DNA of 64,000 nucleotides, from positions 32,001 through 96,000 of the forward strand of contig JBFRWI010000135.1 in assembly GCA_051439505.1 (NCBI GenBank). The letters are read 5' to 3'. Every line of letters starts with the position of its first letter. Position 1 is the first letter of the stretch. Shown here in pieces: positions 1 through 9,593 of the stretch. The notes beneath the pieces are model-generated. The model made no database searches. It worked only from the letters and a program-made list of their open reading frames with translations, and was not told the DNA's origin. Source of the stretch: Hormoscilla sp. (GTDB taxonomy: Bacteria; Cyanobacteriota; Cyanobacteriia; Cyanobacteriales; Desertifilaceae). The translations under genes and the position numbers were made by a program.

Positions 1-424
1 CTCTTTCTGTTGTTCCAGGTCTGACTATCACTTGTGTAGCTCTGATGAAGAATGGGGCAGAAAACTTGATTCCATGCTGGACTTCTCTCGCGCGGGTTAT
101 TGTGTTAGGACCGCATTCTAAATGTACCGTCCCCCTGTTGACCAATTCCCACCGTCCTTGTGTTGTCGAGCTGTAAAACATCACTCGCACGGGTCTTTGC
201 AGTTCTTTGCTCAAGCTTTGTGCGAAAGCTGAGGCTAAATCTACACAATAGCCCTGACGTTCTCTGCCTTTTCTAAATCCAAATAGAAGTGCATCATCTC
301 TGACTCCAACTTTCAAAACACCAGTGGAGCTAATTTCATTGAGAATTGCTCTTGCTTGACTGGGTAACAGCAGACCTGCTAACGCTAGGCCCAGCAGAAA
401 GGCTATAATTCGTCTCTTCTTCAT
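1..424 (-). CDS. Amino-acid ABC-type substrate-binding domain protein (SBP_bac_3), 3' end outside window
   Basis: Manual translation from ATG at 424: MKKRRIIAFLLGLALAGLLLPSQARAILNEISSTGVLKVGVRDDALLFGF...GYCVDLA...VHLECGPNTITRARE...FSAPFF; signal peptide plus typical SBP_bac_3 motifs. Not in the ORF track because it runs off the edge. Confidence 0.8.
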   Translation of the reverse strand, partial: MKKRRIIAFLLGLALAGLLLPSQARAILNEISSTGVLKVGVRDDALLFGFRKGRERQGYCVDLASAFAQSLSKELQRPVRVMFYSSTTQGRWELVNRGTVHLECGPNTITRAREVQHGIKFSAPFFIRATQVIVRPGTTER

Positions 425-708
425 TTGCTCGCCCAACTCCTTTGTCTAAAATGCTATTTTTTATTTCGATGCACCCGCTTTGCCGACTGCCTCTGGAATA
501 GTTTGGAATTCTTTACTTCTGTACCAGGGCCCGATCGGGGACTGTTAACATCTCCTGACAGTCGCTTCCCCTGTTGGCTCAATTATAACAATGTTCGACA
601 ACCACAAATACCCTATGTTACAAAAATTTACCATCTTTTCTTCCAGTTGCCACCGGTGTATATCCTCTCTATGTTCCCGATCTTCTCCGTATATATACGA
701 ACCGGCTT

Positions 709-1575
709 CTAAAAACCGCTAATCACGCCAATTGTATGGGGTATTTTTCGATCGGGCTCGTCACTAGAGTTAACATATTCTCTCCCCTGCACGATCGCCT
801 GCGTGGAACCCCCGCCATCCAGCATCATCACTGCCGAGGATCCAAATTCTCTTAATACTTCAGCAGCATGAGATTGACTGGCCCTGCTAGAAGTGAAAAT
901 CAAAACTGTTTCATTTGTACCATTTTTGTCTCCGTCTTTTACCCCAATAAAAGTTCTTCCTACCTGGCGATCGAATCCCTTATCAGCATCTTCTGCCAAA
1001 CCCACTATCATATTCGGGACTGAAGAGAACAGCGGATTTTCGGGATAATCATTCTCAGGGAATGGGACTAGATTAGCATAATTTTTACTCACTGTCAACA
1101 TCATTTTTGCTCCCGCAAATTCAGAGTCTCCTGCATACCCCCCACTATAGATAATTCCGTCAGCTTTTACCGGAAAAGCTAACTGCTGAGAACGGACACT
1201 GAAAAACTGACCATTTGTTACTGAAAATGCTCTCTTGCCATGCGATCGCACGAAATCATCCCAGTGAGTTTGAATGCTTTGAAACTCTATGATAGCACTA
1301 ATATTGGTGCCGTAAGCGCCTTGAGTATCGAAACCCGTGACATGTCTGTTATCAAATAAATATATACAAGCACCGGCATCTAGATCGACAGCTTGCACGT
1401 AATCTCGTTTATCTATATGCTGATATAAATTCACACCTGGTGCGGTTTTAATCGCAGTAAAACCCGGGGGAATGTCATTGGAGACAGATATATCCTTTGC
1501 CAATAGTTGCGAAGCTGCCACTGGCAAATAGAAATGATATATTAAAGTGAATGTTGTGATTAAATATAGAAACAT
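709..1575 (-). CDS. Phosphodiester glycosidase (NAGPA/DUF2233) family secreted protein
   Basis: N-terminal hydrophobic segment; NGQFF, RTFIG and MLDGGGSTQ motifs typical of the family. Confidence 0.75.
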   Translation of the reverse strand: MFLYLITTFTLIYHFYLPVAASQLLAKDISVSNDIPPGFTAIKTAPGVNLYQHIDKRDYVQAVDLDAGACIYLFDNRHVTGFDTQGAYGTNISAIIEFQSIQTHWDDFVRSHGKRAFSVTNGQFFSVRSQQLAFPVKADGIIYSGGYAGDSEFAGAKMMLTVSKNYANLVPFPENDYPENPLFSSVPNMIVGLAEDADKGFDRQVGRTFIGVKDGDKNGTNETVLIFTSSRASQSHAAEVLREFGSSAVMMLDGGGSTQAIVQGREYVNSSDEPDRKIPHTIGVISGF

Positions 1576-1603
1576 AGGATTTCATCAAACTCCCTTAATT
1601 CAT

Positions 1604-1669
1604 CGTTTGTAGTAAAGACTTTAGTCTTTACCTGCGCGTTTGTAGTAAAGACTTTAGTCTTTACCTGCG
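1604..1669. repeat. Two tandem 33-bp GTAG-palindrome REP-like units
   Basis: cgtttGTAGTAAAGACTTTAGTCTTTACctgcg x2; partial copy gtagtaaagac at about 40761. Confidence 0.8.
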
Positions 1670-1704
1670 CCAACGGTGCATCCTTCTGGCGTGCAAATAT
1701 ATCT

Positions 1705-1820
1705 GTAGGGGCGTAGCGCTACGCGCACTGCGTAAAAGCGCAGCGGCTGCGCAGCAGCTAGCATTTGGGCGACCAAATAAGTTATAAATTGATAAATGTA
1801 AAACCCAAATGCTTCGCCCA
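1705..1820. repeat. GTAG-REP-like inverted repeat with a short GC-rich insert
   Basis: gtaggggcg...agcatttggg and cccaaatgcttcgccc arms; the left arm is interrupted by tagcgctacgcgc...gcagcagct. Confidence 0.55.
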
Positions 1821-1885
1821 CCGCGATCGTGAGATGCACCCCCAACCCCCAACAACATCTGGAGGGTTGGGTTTATGCCTCTAGG

Positions 1886-3700
1886 TTAAGACAAAGGCAG
1901 AAGTTCCCGCAAGATATTTTCATCTATTTTGGGCATATGCTTGAGCAGTTTTTGACGCATCGGTGCTTCTACAGCTTGCAAGATTGCCTCTGGCGAGTTA
2001 AGCTCTGACTTCAGTGTTAAACTGAGTTCGGGTAAACTACCCCCCTCCGGTTCCGTAACAAAACAATCAGCTGAAAGCAGCACCAACAGAGTCTTTTTCA
2101 CCGATTGTTCGCTGACTGGCGGTGCTATTCGCTGAGTTAATTTAGCAATTCCCTCTCCCAACTTTTCTCCAGTTAAAGGATTTTGGGCCAAACCTGCCAA
2201 TACCTGACTAAAGTCTGATGGCGATGGCAATCTGAATATGGGATATCCAGCGGAGAGAATTCGGCGGTACTTGCTCAAGGAATGAATATTACTGGCTACT
2301 GCAATTTGCTCGGAATTAGCCGACTCTTTAACTTCAGAAACTTCCACATTATGCACGATCAGTCTGGGTTCGGTGGGAGTTTTATCAATCACGCTAAATT
2401 CCGTTCCTTGGCAAATAAACTCCAAACAATGTTTCCATTTTTCAAATCCCAACTCTTTGGAGTTAACTTTGGGCAGTCTTTCATGAAAAACCTTCCAAAC
2501 TTCGCTGAGATACATTCCTTCGGTTTGCAGCTGACGACTGTACTCTGGATGCTGCTTCAGCCACTGCAAAGTTCCTCTGGCCTCAACCATGATTCGATCG
2601 CCTTTGTTCGGCTGTATAACCTTAACTCCTATCGTTTCGGGATCGGGAATAGCCACAAAAGCATCGCAGACCGCTTCTAGGAAGGAATTGGTGGATTTCT
2701 CATAGGCGCAGCCGATGACTGTTTTCCCATATTCATGCAGTTTATTGGCAACAGAAGCAAAGGCCCCATCCCCAGAAACAATGATAAATAATTGAATCGA
2801 GGGCTTGTTATGGACGAACTCTATGGCATCTATAGTCAGCTGAATATCAGCCGCATTCTTTTGAGAATGGACTCCAAAACCAAATACTTGAACTGGTTCT
2901 ATTCCTAAAGACAAAATTTCATTCTTAATCTGCTTTAACTGGGGAACACTCCAATTAGCATAGGCTCGTTGGATCGCCAGTTTGCCAAATTGATGTTTGT
3001 CTCGTATAGCTTCGACGATCTTTTCCAGAGATAATTTGGAGATGAAATTGGTGGTGAAGTTGTATCCCTTGGTCAGGTTTTCAACATCGTATAAGATGGC
3101 TGTATTGAATTCTTCCTCTGGTAGCAGAACGCCAGTCCCCTGTCCTCGGGGCTGAATGTCTCGAATAGTTTCGATCAGAGGGGTGAGGTCAAACTGGGGG
3201 TTCGCTATTTTTGAGGCTGTAACTTCCTCTGCCATTGTTTTGAGAGTCGCCTCAGTTGCTGCTAGCTGTTGTCTCAGCTGCACCACAGACCCAGATAGCG
3301 CCTCAAATTCTAGAATTTGTTGGCGTTCGTTTTTGGCCGCTATTAAAGCTGCCTCAGTTTTGCTAAACTCTTGGGGGTAAACTGCCTCGGTAAAAACCAG
3401 TAATGCGGCTTGATAGCCCGCGATCGCAATGGAGAGATTGCGTTCTTTACTGCCTTGAGGGAACAGCTGCATCAGTTCGCTAAACTTAAAAACAGTTTCT
3501 GCCAGGGTTTTCGCCGTGGCGGGCTTAACCTTTGTGAACTTCTCAGTTGCCCAAACTTGTAATATTTCTGCCAAGTCCTCTCCGGACTGGGCCAGTTTCT
3601 CTTGCAGCAGGGGGTAGACGACCTGTCGATCGCCCTTGCTCGTGTAGGTGGTTTTTAAGACTTCCAACAGGAAGGTCAACTGCTCTGTTGCTTTCATCAT
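1886..3700 (-). CDS. NYN (LabA/DUF88, PIN-like) domain protein with N-terminal helical TPR-like domain and probable LOTUS/OST-HTH region
   Basis: AILYDVENL...RAYANW...KNAADIQLTIDA...IIVSGDGAF...LHEYGKTVIG...CDAF is the NYN signature; N-terminus paralogous to 3753..4799. Confidence 0.8.
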   Translation of the reverse strand: MMKATEQLTFLLEVLKTTYTSKGDRQVVYPLLQEKLAQSGEDLAEILQVWATEKFTKVKPATAKTLAETVFKFSELMQLFPQGSKERNLSIAIAGYQAALLVFTEAVYPQEFSKTEAALIAAKNERQQILEFEALSGSVVQLRQQLAATEATLKTMAEEVTASKIANPQFDLTPLIETIRDIQPRGQGTGVLLPEEEFNTAILYDVENLTKGYNFTTNFISKLSLEKIVEAIRDKHQFGKLAIQRAYANWSVPQLKQIKNEILSLGIEPVQVFGFGVHSQKNAADIQLTIDAIEFVHNKPSIQLFIIVSGDGAFASVANKLHEYGKTVIGCAYEKSTNSFLEAVCDAFVAIPDPETIGVKVIQPNKGDRIMVEARGTLQWLKQHPEYSRQLQTEGMYLSEVWKVFHERLPKVNSKELGFEKWKHCLEFICQGTEFSVIDKTPTEPRLIVHNVEVSEVKESANSEQIAVASNIHSLSKYRRILSAGYPIFRLPSPSDFSQVLAGLAQNPLTGEKLGEGIAKLTQRIAPPVSEQSVKKTLLVLLSADCFVTEPEGGSLPELSLTLKSELNSPEAILQAVEAPMRQKLLKHMPKIDENILRELLPLS

Positions 3701-3752
3701 AATCAAATCATACCATCTCTGATGAGGTGGCAATGTTATTTTTGTCCCTAAA

Positions 3753-4799
3753 TTATTTAAATTTTCGCGCCCAGCGAGTCAGACGCCAAATTCCCATAAA
3801 CATCATAGACGCTAGCATTGCCTCTAGATTCAATTTTACTGAATTTTGCAGCGGCTTTTGGAAATTTTCGATTGACGGGGCCCGACTGAGCGGGGAAGCT
3901 AGCTGTTCTGTGGGGTTTCCCGATCGCTCGATATTTTCGGTGTCCGTTGGTTGGGCAATTTTCCTAGGAGTAAGCGCCCCGCGATCTGCATATATCTCCC
4001 AGGTATGACCAACTCCTAAAACCAGCATCCACATATAGAACATCCCCAGCAACAGAGAAACCCAGGACAACAACCGCAACAGATGCATTTCTGCTTTTGC
4101 CACATAACCTCGCTGACGGGAAAATACCAATAGCAGCCCCAATAAAGGAATCCAAACATCTGATACGACGCGCCCGATCGTCTGCAAGTCCCACACCGGA
4201 TCTGTCCAGTCAAAGGGGATAAATATATTAACATATTCAATTACCGCAAACACCAAGAGAAAGTAGCCAGCGACAGACCATAAAGAATTGGAACGCGCCT
4301 CTACCTTTTCCGAGAGATACACCCCCTCACGAGGCCGCTTCTGGCTACTATAGCGCCAGCCTTCTGGGGTCGAGCGCGGCTGTTTCTGGTCGAGCAGCAT
4401 AATTTGTTGGCGTAGCTGTTTAGCTGTTGCCAAGGCTGCCTGAGTTTTGGTAAACTCCTTTGAGTAATTATGGTCGGTAAAAAACTGCAAAGCAGCTTGA
4501 TAGCCAGCAATAGCAATTGCCAAATTATTAACTTTGCTCCCTTGGGGAAACCGTTCAACCAGTTCGCTAAAATTCAACAAGGTTTCTGCCAGAGCTTTGG
4601 CTGTAGCTGGTTTGACTGTAGCAAACTGCTGCCTGGCCCAAGTAGATAATAGTTGAGCCAAGCTTTCGTCCAGTTGGGAGAGTTTTTCTTGCAGTAGCGG
4701 GTACATAACTTGAGTATCGGCCTTACTGGTGTAGGTTGTCTTCAAAACTTCCCGCAGGAATTGCAACTGCTCTTGAGGTGTTTTACTTGTCGGTGTCAT
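3753..4799 (-). CDS. HpsJ-like membrane protein fused to an N-terminal helical domain shared with the neighbouring NYN protein
   Basis: YVNIFIPFDWTDPVWDLQTIGRVVSDVWIPLLGLLLVF resembles the cyanobacterial HpsJ family; about 4 TM segments. Confidence 0.6.
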   Translation of the reverse strand: MTPTSKTPQEQLQFLREVLKTTYTSKADTQVMYPLLQEKLSQLDESLAQLLSTWARQQFATVKPATAKALAETLLNFSELVERFPQGSKVNNLAIAIAGYQAALQFFTDHNYSKEFTKTQAALATAKQLRQQIMLLDQKQPRSTPEGWRYSSQKRPREGVYLSEKVEARSNSLWSVAGYFLLVFAVIEYVNIFIPFDWTDPVWDLQTIGRVVSDVWIPLLGLLLVFSRQRGYVAKAEMHLLRLLSWVSLLLGMFYMWMLVLGVGHTWEIYADRGALTPRKIAQPTDTENIERSGNPTEQLASPLSRAPSIENFQKPLQNSVKLNLEAMLASMMFMGIWRLTRWARKFK

Positions 4800-5040
4800 A
4801 TTATCTGCCTGGTATGCCTAATGTTCAATCTGGTAGAAATCGCGCTGGGAACGGCGATCGCTAACTTGGCCCGACTGCACCCAATCTCCCGAACGATATC
4901 GCACTGGTGTGAATTAAACGGGAGTAATACAAAATTATTATTATAATACGGAAGTTATAGGTTTGTCTCGCCCAGACAGATATTTTGCGATCATTGACTG
5001 GGGCGAGACAGATATTTTATTACCGATCGGGCTTGACTTC

Positions 5041-6786
5041 ATGACTAAAAATAAAAAAACGCCTCTGGTACTGGCTGTGGTTGTCGCTACCTTGCTAATT
5101 GCTGGCGGTGCGGCTACCTACTGGTTCCTGAGTCAAAAGCGTCAACAGGAAGTGATCTTAGAGATGCCGGTGGGGGTGGAGGTGGTCCCCCAAGACGTGC
5201 TGATGAGTATCTCCATGAGCACGGATGAGGAGCAGTGGCACCAAATGAGGCAGTTTGGCACCCCCGAAACCCAAGCGGCCTTTGACCAGCGCCTGGCGGA
5301 ACTGCGCGATCGCTTGCTGACAGCCAATGGCTACGACTATAGCAAAGACATCCAACCTTGGGTGGGTCCGGAGGTAACAGTTGCCTTTTTATCGCCAAAT
5401 CAGTTATCTTCAAACAGTAGCAGGATAGGGATGGCCACCGAGAAAAACTCTCTGGTCCTGGTAGTGCCGGTTGCCAAGCCTTTGCTAGCCAAGCAATTGC
5501 TAGACCAGCAAGGGTTCCAGGCCGACTGGGTCGAGCGCACCTACAAGGGCATCGAGATCAAAGAAAGCAAAAAAACTGCCTCAGAGCAAGAGCAATACTC
5601 AACTGCGGTACTATCGACAAGTTACCTGGTAGTGACGAACAATCCCCAAGCGACAAATCTCCTCATCGATACCTACCAGCAGGGTAATCCTTCTTTAGCG
5701 TCAACTCCGGGCTACAGGGAAGCTAATGGCCAAATTCAAAATCCCGCGCCCTTCGCTAGGATCTATGTCAACCTGCCTAAAGCAGCCGCGATCGCCTCGG
5801 CAAATGCCGCCCAACCCATTCCCAAGGAGAAGCTAGCTGAGGTGCAGCAAAATCAGGGACTCGCGGCAACGGCGATCGTCATGCCAAATGGCATCCTATT
5901 TAAGGGGATTTCCTGGCTGCATCCGGAAAGTGAAAAGCGGCATGTGGTGGAAAATAATGCCCAGATCATGCCACAGCTCTTGCCCGCAGATACCATGCTC
6001 GCGATCTCTGGGGGCAATTTGGCGCGGTTGTGGCAGGAGTATACTCGTGAGGCGGAGGCTAATCCCATTGAGATTATTGATGCCGAGTGGGTGCGTCGGG
6101 CCCTCGCCCAGACTACTGGTTTAGACTTAGAAGCAGATTTACTCAACTGGATGGAGTCGGAGTTCTCTATTGCGATGATTCCAGCAATTTCCGATACCGA
6201 TAGCACTGTTCCCTTTGCCTTGTCCTTGATGGTGCAAGCGACCGATCGCCGGGCGGCTACCAAAACCCTCAAGGAACTGGATGAAATTATGCAAGAAAAA
6301 TATAAATTCCAGGTCGAAGAGGGTCAAATTACCGATAAGTCGGGGGCCGATCGGGATGTCATCACCTGGACGCCGAACTTTGGTTTGCTGGATATCACGC
6401 GCGGTTGGTTAGACGATAACATCGCTTTTTTGACCGTGGGTGCCCCAGTTGCTGAGGCAATTATTCCCCGATCGCAAACCGAAGCAGATTCTTCCCAACA
6501 ACCCAGTTTGGCTACTAGCGAATTATTTAGGGAAACGGTGCCCTTGGAACTACAACCGAACAACGGACATTTTTTTATTGATGTCGATCGCGTCTTCGAT
6601 CCTAACATTTTATCTTTTCTGATCGTCCCTCCCAAGCAACAAGCGATGTTAAATGCCATTCGTTCCCTGGGCGTTACGGCTGCGGTTACCAGTTCTCGGA
6701 CAATCCGCTACGATATTTTTGTCGGTCTCAAGCAGGGGAACTCTCCAGGAGTCTTACCCAGTCCCCCTCCCACCCCGTCTCCCTAA
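5041..6786 (+). CDS. DUF3352 domain membrane-anchored protein
   Basis: N-terminal TM helix; YDYSKDIQPWVGPEVTVAFL and LDLEADLLNWM motifs typical of cyanobacterial DUF3352 proteins. Confidence 0.7.
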   Translation: MTKNKKTPLVLAVVVATLLIAGGAATYWFLSQKRQQEVILEMPVGVEVVPQDVLMSISMSTDEEQWHQMRQFGTPETQAAFDQRLAELRDRLLTANGYDYSKDIQPWVGPEVTVAFLSPNQLSSNSSRIGMATEKNSLVLVVPVAKPLLAKQLLDQQGFQADWVERTYKGIEIKESKKTASEQEQYSTAVLSTSYLVVTNNPQATNLLIDTYQQGNPSLASTPGYREANGQIQNPAPFARIYVNLPKAAAIASANAAQPIPKEKLAEVQQNQGLAATAIVMPNGILFKGISWLHPESEKRHVVENNAQIMPQLLPADTMLAISGGNLARLWQEYTREAEANPIEIIDAEWVRRALAQTTGLDLEADLLNWMESEFSIAMIPAISDTDSTVPFALSLMVQATDRRAATKTLKELDEIMQEKYKFQVEEGQITDKSGADRDVITWTPNFGLLDITRGWLDDNIAFLTVGAPVAEAIIPRSQTEADSSQQPSLATSELFRETVPLELQPNNGHFFIDVDRVFDPNILSFLIVPPKQQAMLNAIRSLGVTAAVTSSRTIRYDIFVGLKQGNSPGVLPSPPPTPSP

Positions 6787-6860
6787 TTGGGAAGTATTGA
6801 CAGATAGCAGATCGTAAGCTACGATCGATAGCAGTGAAAACAACAAGAGGAGAACAATCT

Positions 6861-7913
6861 ATGGATCTGGTAACACTCCAGAGCTGGCTAGACAACATTG
6901 CCTTCGCTGTCCTGTTCGCAACCATGCTGATTTATTGGGCCGGGACGGCTTTTCGGGAAGTCCCCTTCCTGGGATCTTTGGGGACGGCGGGCATGGCGAT
7001 CGCGAATCTCTGCATGGCGGCCTTGCTTGCTTCCCGCTGGATCGAAGGGGGATATTTTCCTTTGAGCAATCTTTACGAATCATTATTCTTCATCGCCTGG
7101 GGAGTAACGGCGGTTCATTTAATAGCCGAAAATATGAGTGGTTCTCGCCTAGTGGGGGCAGCAACGGCACCAGTCGCCATGGGTATTACGGCTTTTGCCG
7201 CCCTATCTTTACCCCCAGAAATGCAGTTTTCTGAACCTTTAGTACCCGCCCTCAAATCCAATTGGTTGATGATGCATGTCAGCGTCATGCTACTCAGCTA
7301 CGCCTGCTTGATGGTCGGTGCGACGATCGCGATCGCCTTTTTAATCGTGACCCGGGGCCAGAAAGTCGAACTCCGAGGCAGTTCTTTTGGGAATGGGGGC
7401 TTCCGCAGTTCTAACAACCCCTTGCGCCAAGGGGCAGAATTGGTAACTCACCCAGAAGTTACGCAAGAACTGCTGCAACCTATGACTCTATCCGCTGAAA
7501 ACAATGGTGGTGGGAATACGGCAGTTCTGGATGTAGTCACGACCAAAACATTACCCAAAACGGAAATAGCGGCACCTCTTTCACCCCAGCGTCTGAGTCT
7601 AGCGGAAACTTTAGATAACATCAGCTATCGGATCATTGGTTTGGGCTTTCCGCTATTAACAATTGGCATCATAGCGGGTGCGGTGTGGGCCAATGAAGCC
7701 TGGGGTACCTATTGGAGTTGGGATCCGAAAGAAACTTGGGCGCTAATCACTTGGTTGGTATTTGCAGCATATCTGCACGCACGCATTACCCGGGGTTGGC
7801 AAGGACGGCGTCCGGCAATTTTAGCAGCCACTGGCTTTATAGTCGTCTGGGTTTGCTATTTGGGTGTGAACTTTTTAGGTAAGGGTTTACATTCTTACGG
7901 TTGGTTCTTCTAG
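6861..7913 (+). CDS. ccsA: Cytochrome c biogenesis protein CcsA/CcsB (system II)
   Basis: [35 protein letters not shown] (WWD domain), GLHSYGWF. Confidence 0.97.
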   Translation: MDLVTLQSWLDNIAFAVLFATMLIYWAGTAFREVPFLGSLGTAGMAIANLCMAALLASRWIEGGYFPLSNLYESLFFIAWGVTAVHLIAENMSGSRLVGAATAPVAMGITAFAALSLPPEMQFSEPLVPALKSNWLMMHVSVMLLSYACLMVGATIAIAFLIVTRGQKVELRGSSFGNGGFRSSNNPLRQGAELVTHPEVTQELLQPMTLSAENNGGGNTAVLDVVTTKTLPKTEIAAPLSPQRLSLAETLDNISYRIIGLGFPLLTIGIIAGAVWANEAWGTYWSWDPKETWALITWLVFAAYLHARITRGWQGRRPAILAATGFIVVWVCYLGVNFLGKGLHSYGWFF

Positions 7914-7950
7914 ACTGTGAGTTGTGGCGGGTACACTGCATCTTTGCATC

Positions 7951-8003
7951 GCCCGAACCCTAAAGGGTCCGGCTACACTCACAAAGCCCGCCTGCGCGGG
8001 CTA
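7951..8003. repeat. Bipartite hairpin REP-like element (family A), copy 1
   Basis: ccgaaccctaaagggtccggctac...aaagcccgcctgcgcgggct; related copies at about 27832-27882, 55159-55209 and, inverted, 36012-36090. Confidence 0.75.
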
Positions 8004-8009
8004 AATTAT

Positions 8010-8153
8010 GTGAGTTGTAGCAAGAAACCGGGTTTCTGCGATATCTCAGATTCTTTACCCAAGGTGGAAATCAGAAACCCGGTTTCTGGTCCCGTGAGTT
8101 GTAGCAAGAAACCGGGTTTGTGCGGGATCTCAGAGTCTTTACCCAAGGTCGAA
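8010..8153. repeat. Tandem 84-bp-period REP-like unit (gtagcaagaaaccgggtttct)
   Basis: gtgagttgtagcaagaaaccgggttt...tctttacccaaggt at 8010 and 8094; agaaacccggt core also at about 34216 and 34681. Confidence 0.7.
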
Positions 8154-8252
8154 CAGCGCGGCTCATTTGTAGTTGATATCCTTTGTTAACCTTTGGCAAG
8201 GATGTATTTGCGAAGATAGAGAAGTTGATGTCATTCGGAGGAGTTGGATAAG

Positions 8253-8726
8253 ATGACTGAAAATCGAATTAGTGCCAGTTTAACGCCTGAAGATAAACTG
8301 GCAGTTCTCGCCGCGATCGCTACGATCAAGGAAAAGTTACCATTTTTGCAGGGGTTGAGTCCCGAGGAAAGTAAATCTTTACCGCGTTTCGGGGATAAAA
8401 GTCGGGGGTTTGTGACCAAGGCGTTGGAAGTGGCGACCCAAAACCCAGATTTTTTGCCTCGGTCTTTTGACATTGAGGAGATGCGCAAAGATGTGGAGTT
8501 GTTCGAGGCCCTTTATCCTATTACTTTGGCCTTGAGTCAACTCCAAGAACTTCTGGACGATACAGCGGCCTTGGCAGGAAGCGAGGCTTATATGGCAGCT
8601 TTGGCGGTCTACAACTATGCCAAGGCCACCAAGGGAAATGCGGGGTTAGAAGCGGCGGTGGACGATATGGCCCGTCGGTTCGCCCGCAAGTCCGGCGGTG
8701 GGGCGTCACAACAGCCTGAGTCTTAG
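8253..8726 (+). CDS. Hypothetical all-alpha protein (157 aa) adjacent to a 21-bp tandem array
   Basis: RBS ggaggag at 8237-8243; ENRISASL...LPFLQGLSPEE...GDKSRGFVTKALE...AGSEAYMAALAVYNYAK; recalled as a widespread uncharacterised family. Confidence 0.8.
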   Translation: MTENRISASLTPEDKLAVLAAIATIKEKLPFLQGLSPEESKSLPRFGDKSRGFVTKALEVATQNPDFLPRSFDIEEMRKDVELFEALYPITLALSQLQELLDDTAALAGSEAYMAALAVYNYAKATKGNAGLEAAVDDMARRFARKSGGGASQQPES

Positions 8727-8785
8727 TTCTGGGGAGGGTACTTTGACCTCAACCGGCACCTACTAGCTGCAAACCCGTGCCCCAC

Positions 8786-9016
8786 TGTTGGGGTTTTGGA
8801 CCTCTCGGTTCGGGTTTTAAACCTCTCGGTCGGGGTTTAAAACCTCTCCGTTGGGGTTTAAAACCTCTCCGTTGGGGTTTAAAACCTCTCGGTTGGGGTT
8901 TTAAACCTCTCGGTTGGGGTTTTGGACCTCTCGGTCGGGGTTTAAAACCTCTCGGTCGGGGTTTTGGACCTCTCGGTCGGGGTTTTAAACCTCTCCGTTG
9001 GGGTTTTGGACCTCTC
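8786..9016. repeat. Tandem array, 11 x 21 bp, consensus (G/C)GT(T/C)GGGGTTT(T/A)(AA/GG)ACCTCTC
   Basis: Units counted directly; each ends in acctctc at 21-bp spacing from 8806 to 9016. Confidence 0.97.
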
Positions 9017-9209
9017 AAGAGGCCATTCGGGCCGTTTCATTCTTCCCGGTCACCCATGACGAAGGTTCAAGACAGTTTAGGCCATGAGGGCAGACCGGTG
9101 TTAAGAGAGACCATGGCCCGCTACCGGTCGGACAGGTCAAAATTAAGAAGGGTCAGCCCTTGTTGAAGGGTAATTGGATATCATAGTTAACAATATAAAC
9201 GGGAGAAAT

Positions 9210-9575
9210 ATGAGCAACGAAAATTCGATCGGGCTAGCGGATTTGATTCAACAAGTCAAGCAGGAATTGCTGATGCCTGCACCGGATGGCGAAACAGATA
9301 TCCCGATATTGGCGGTTGATGCTGTGGAACTGGAGTTACAGGTGCGGGTGAAAAAAGCCGCACAGGGGGGGATTAAAATCTATGTTTTGGAGATGGGTGC
9401 TGGTGGCAGTCGCGATGACGTGCAAAGTATTAAGGTGAAGTTGTCTCCCCTTTTGAATAAGCAACAGCTGTTGAAGATTTATCAAAAGCGCTATCCGGAA
9501 CGTTGGCCGGAATTGTTGGAGAAGGCGATAGAAGCGACGACGAAAGGATCGGATGGAACGGATCTGATAGAATAA
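9210..9575 (+). CDS. Trypco2 (trypsin co-occurring domain 2) family protein
   Basis: IGLADLIQQVKQEL...VELELQVRV...GGIKIYVLEMGAGG...QSIKVKLSP matches the Trypco2 pattern. Confidence 0.7.
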   Translation: MSNENSIGLADLIQQVKQELLMPAPDGETDIPILAVDAVELELQVRVKKAAQGGIKIYVLEMGAGGSRDDVQSIKVKLSPLLNKQQLLKIYQKRYPERWPELLEKAIEATTKGSDGTDLIE

Positions 9576-9593
9576 GAGTAAAGCAAGAGAGTT

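Noticed and set aside
8786..9016. 21-bp arrays (also 33135-33365) as CRISPR or guide arrays
   Set aside because: Units are contiguous with no unique spacers; variation is limited to a few positions.
8749..9166. ORFs 8777..9166, 8749..9018 and 33135..33464 as genuine CDSs
   Set aside because: Open frames are an expected by-product of 21-bp repeats and there is no clear RBS; kept only as a hypothesis in findings.
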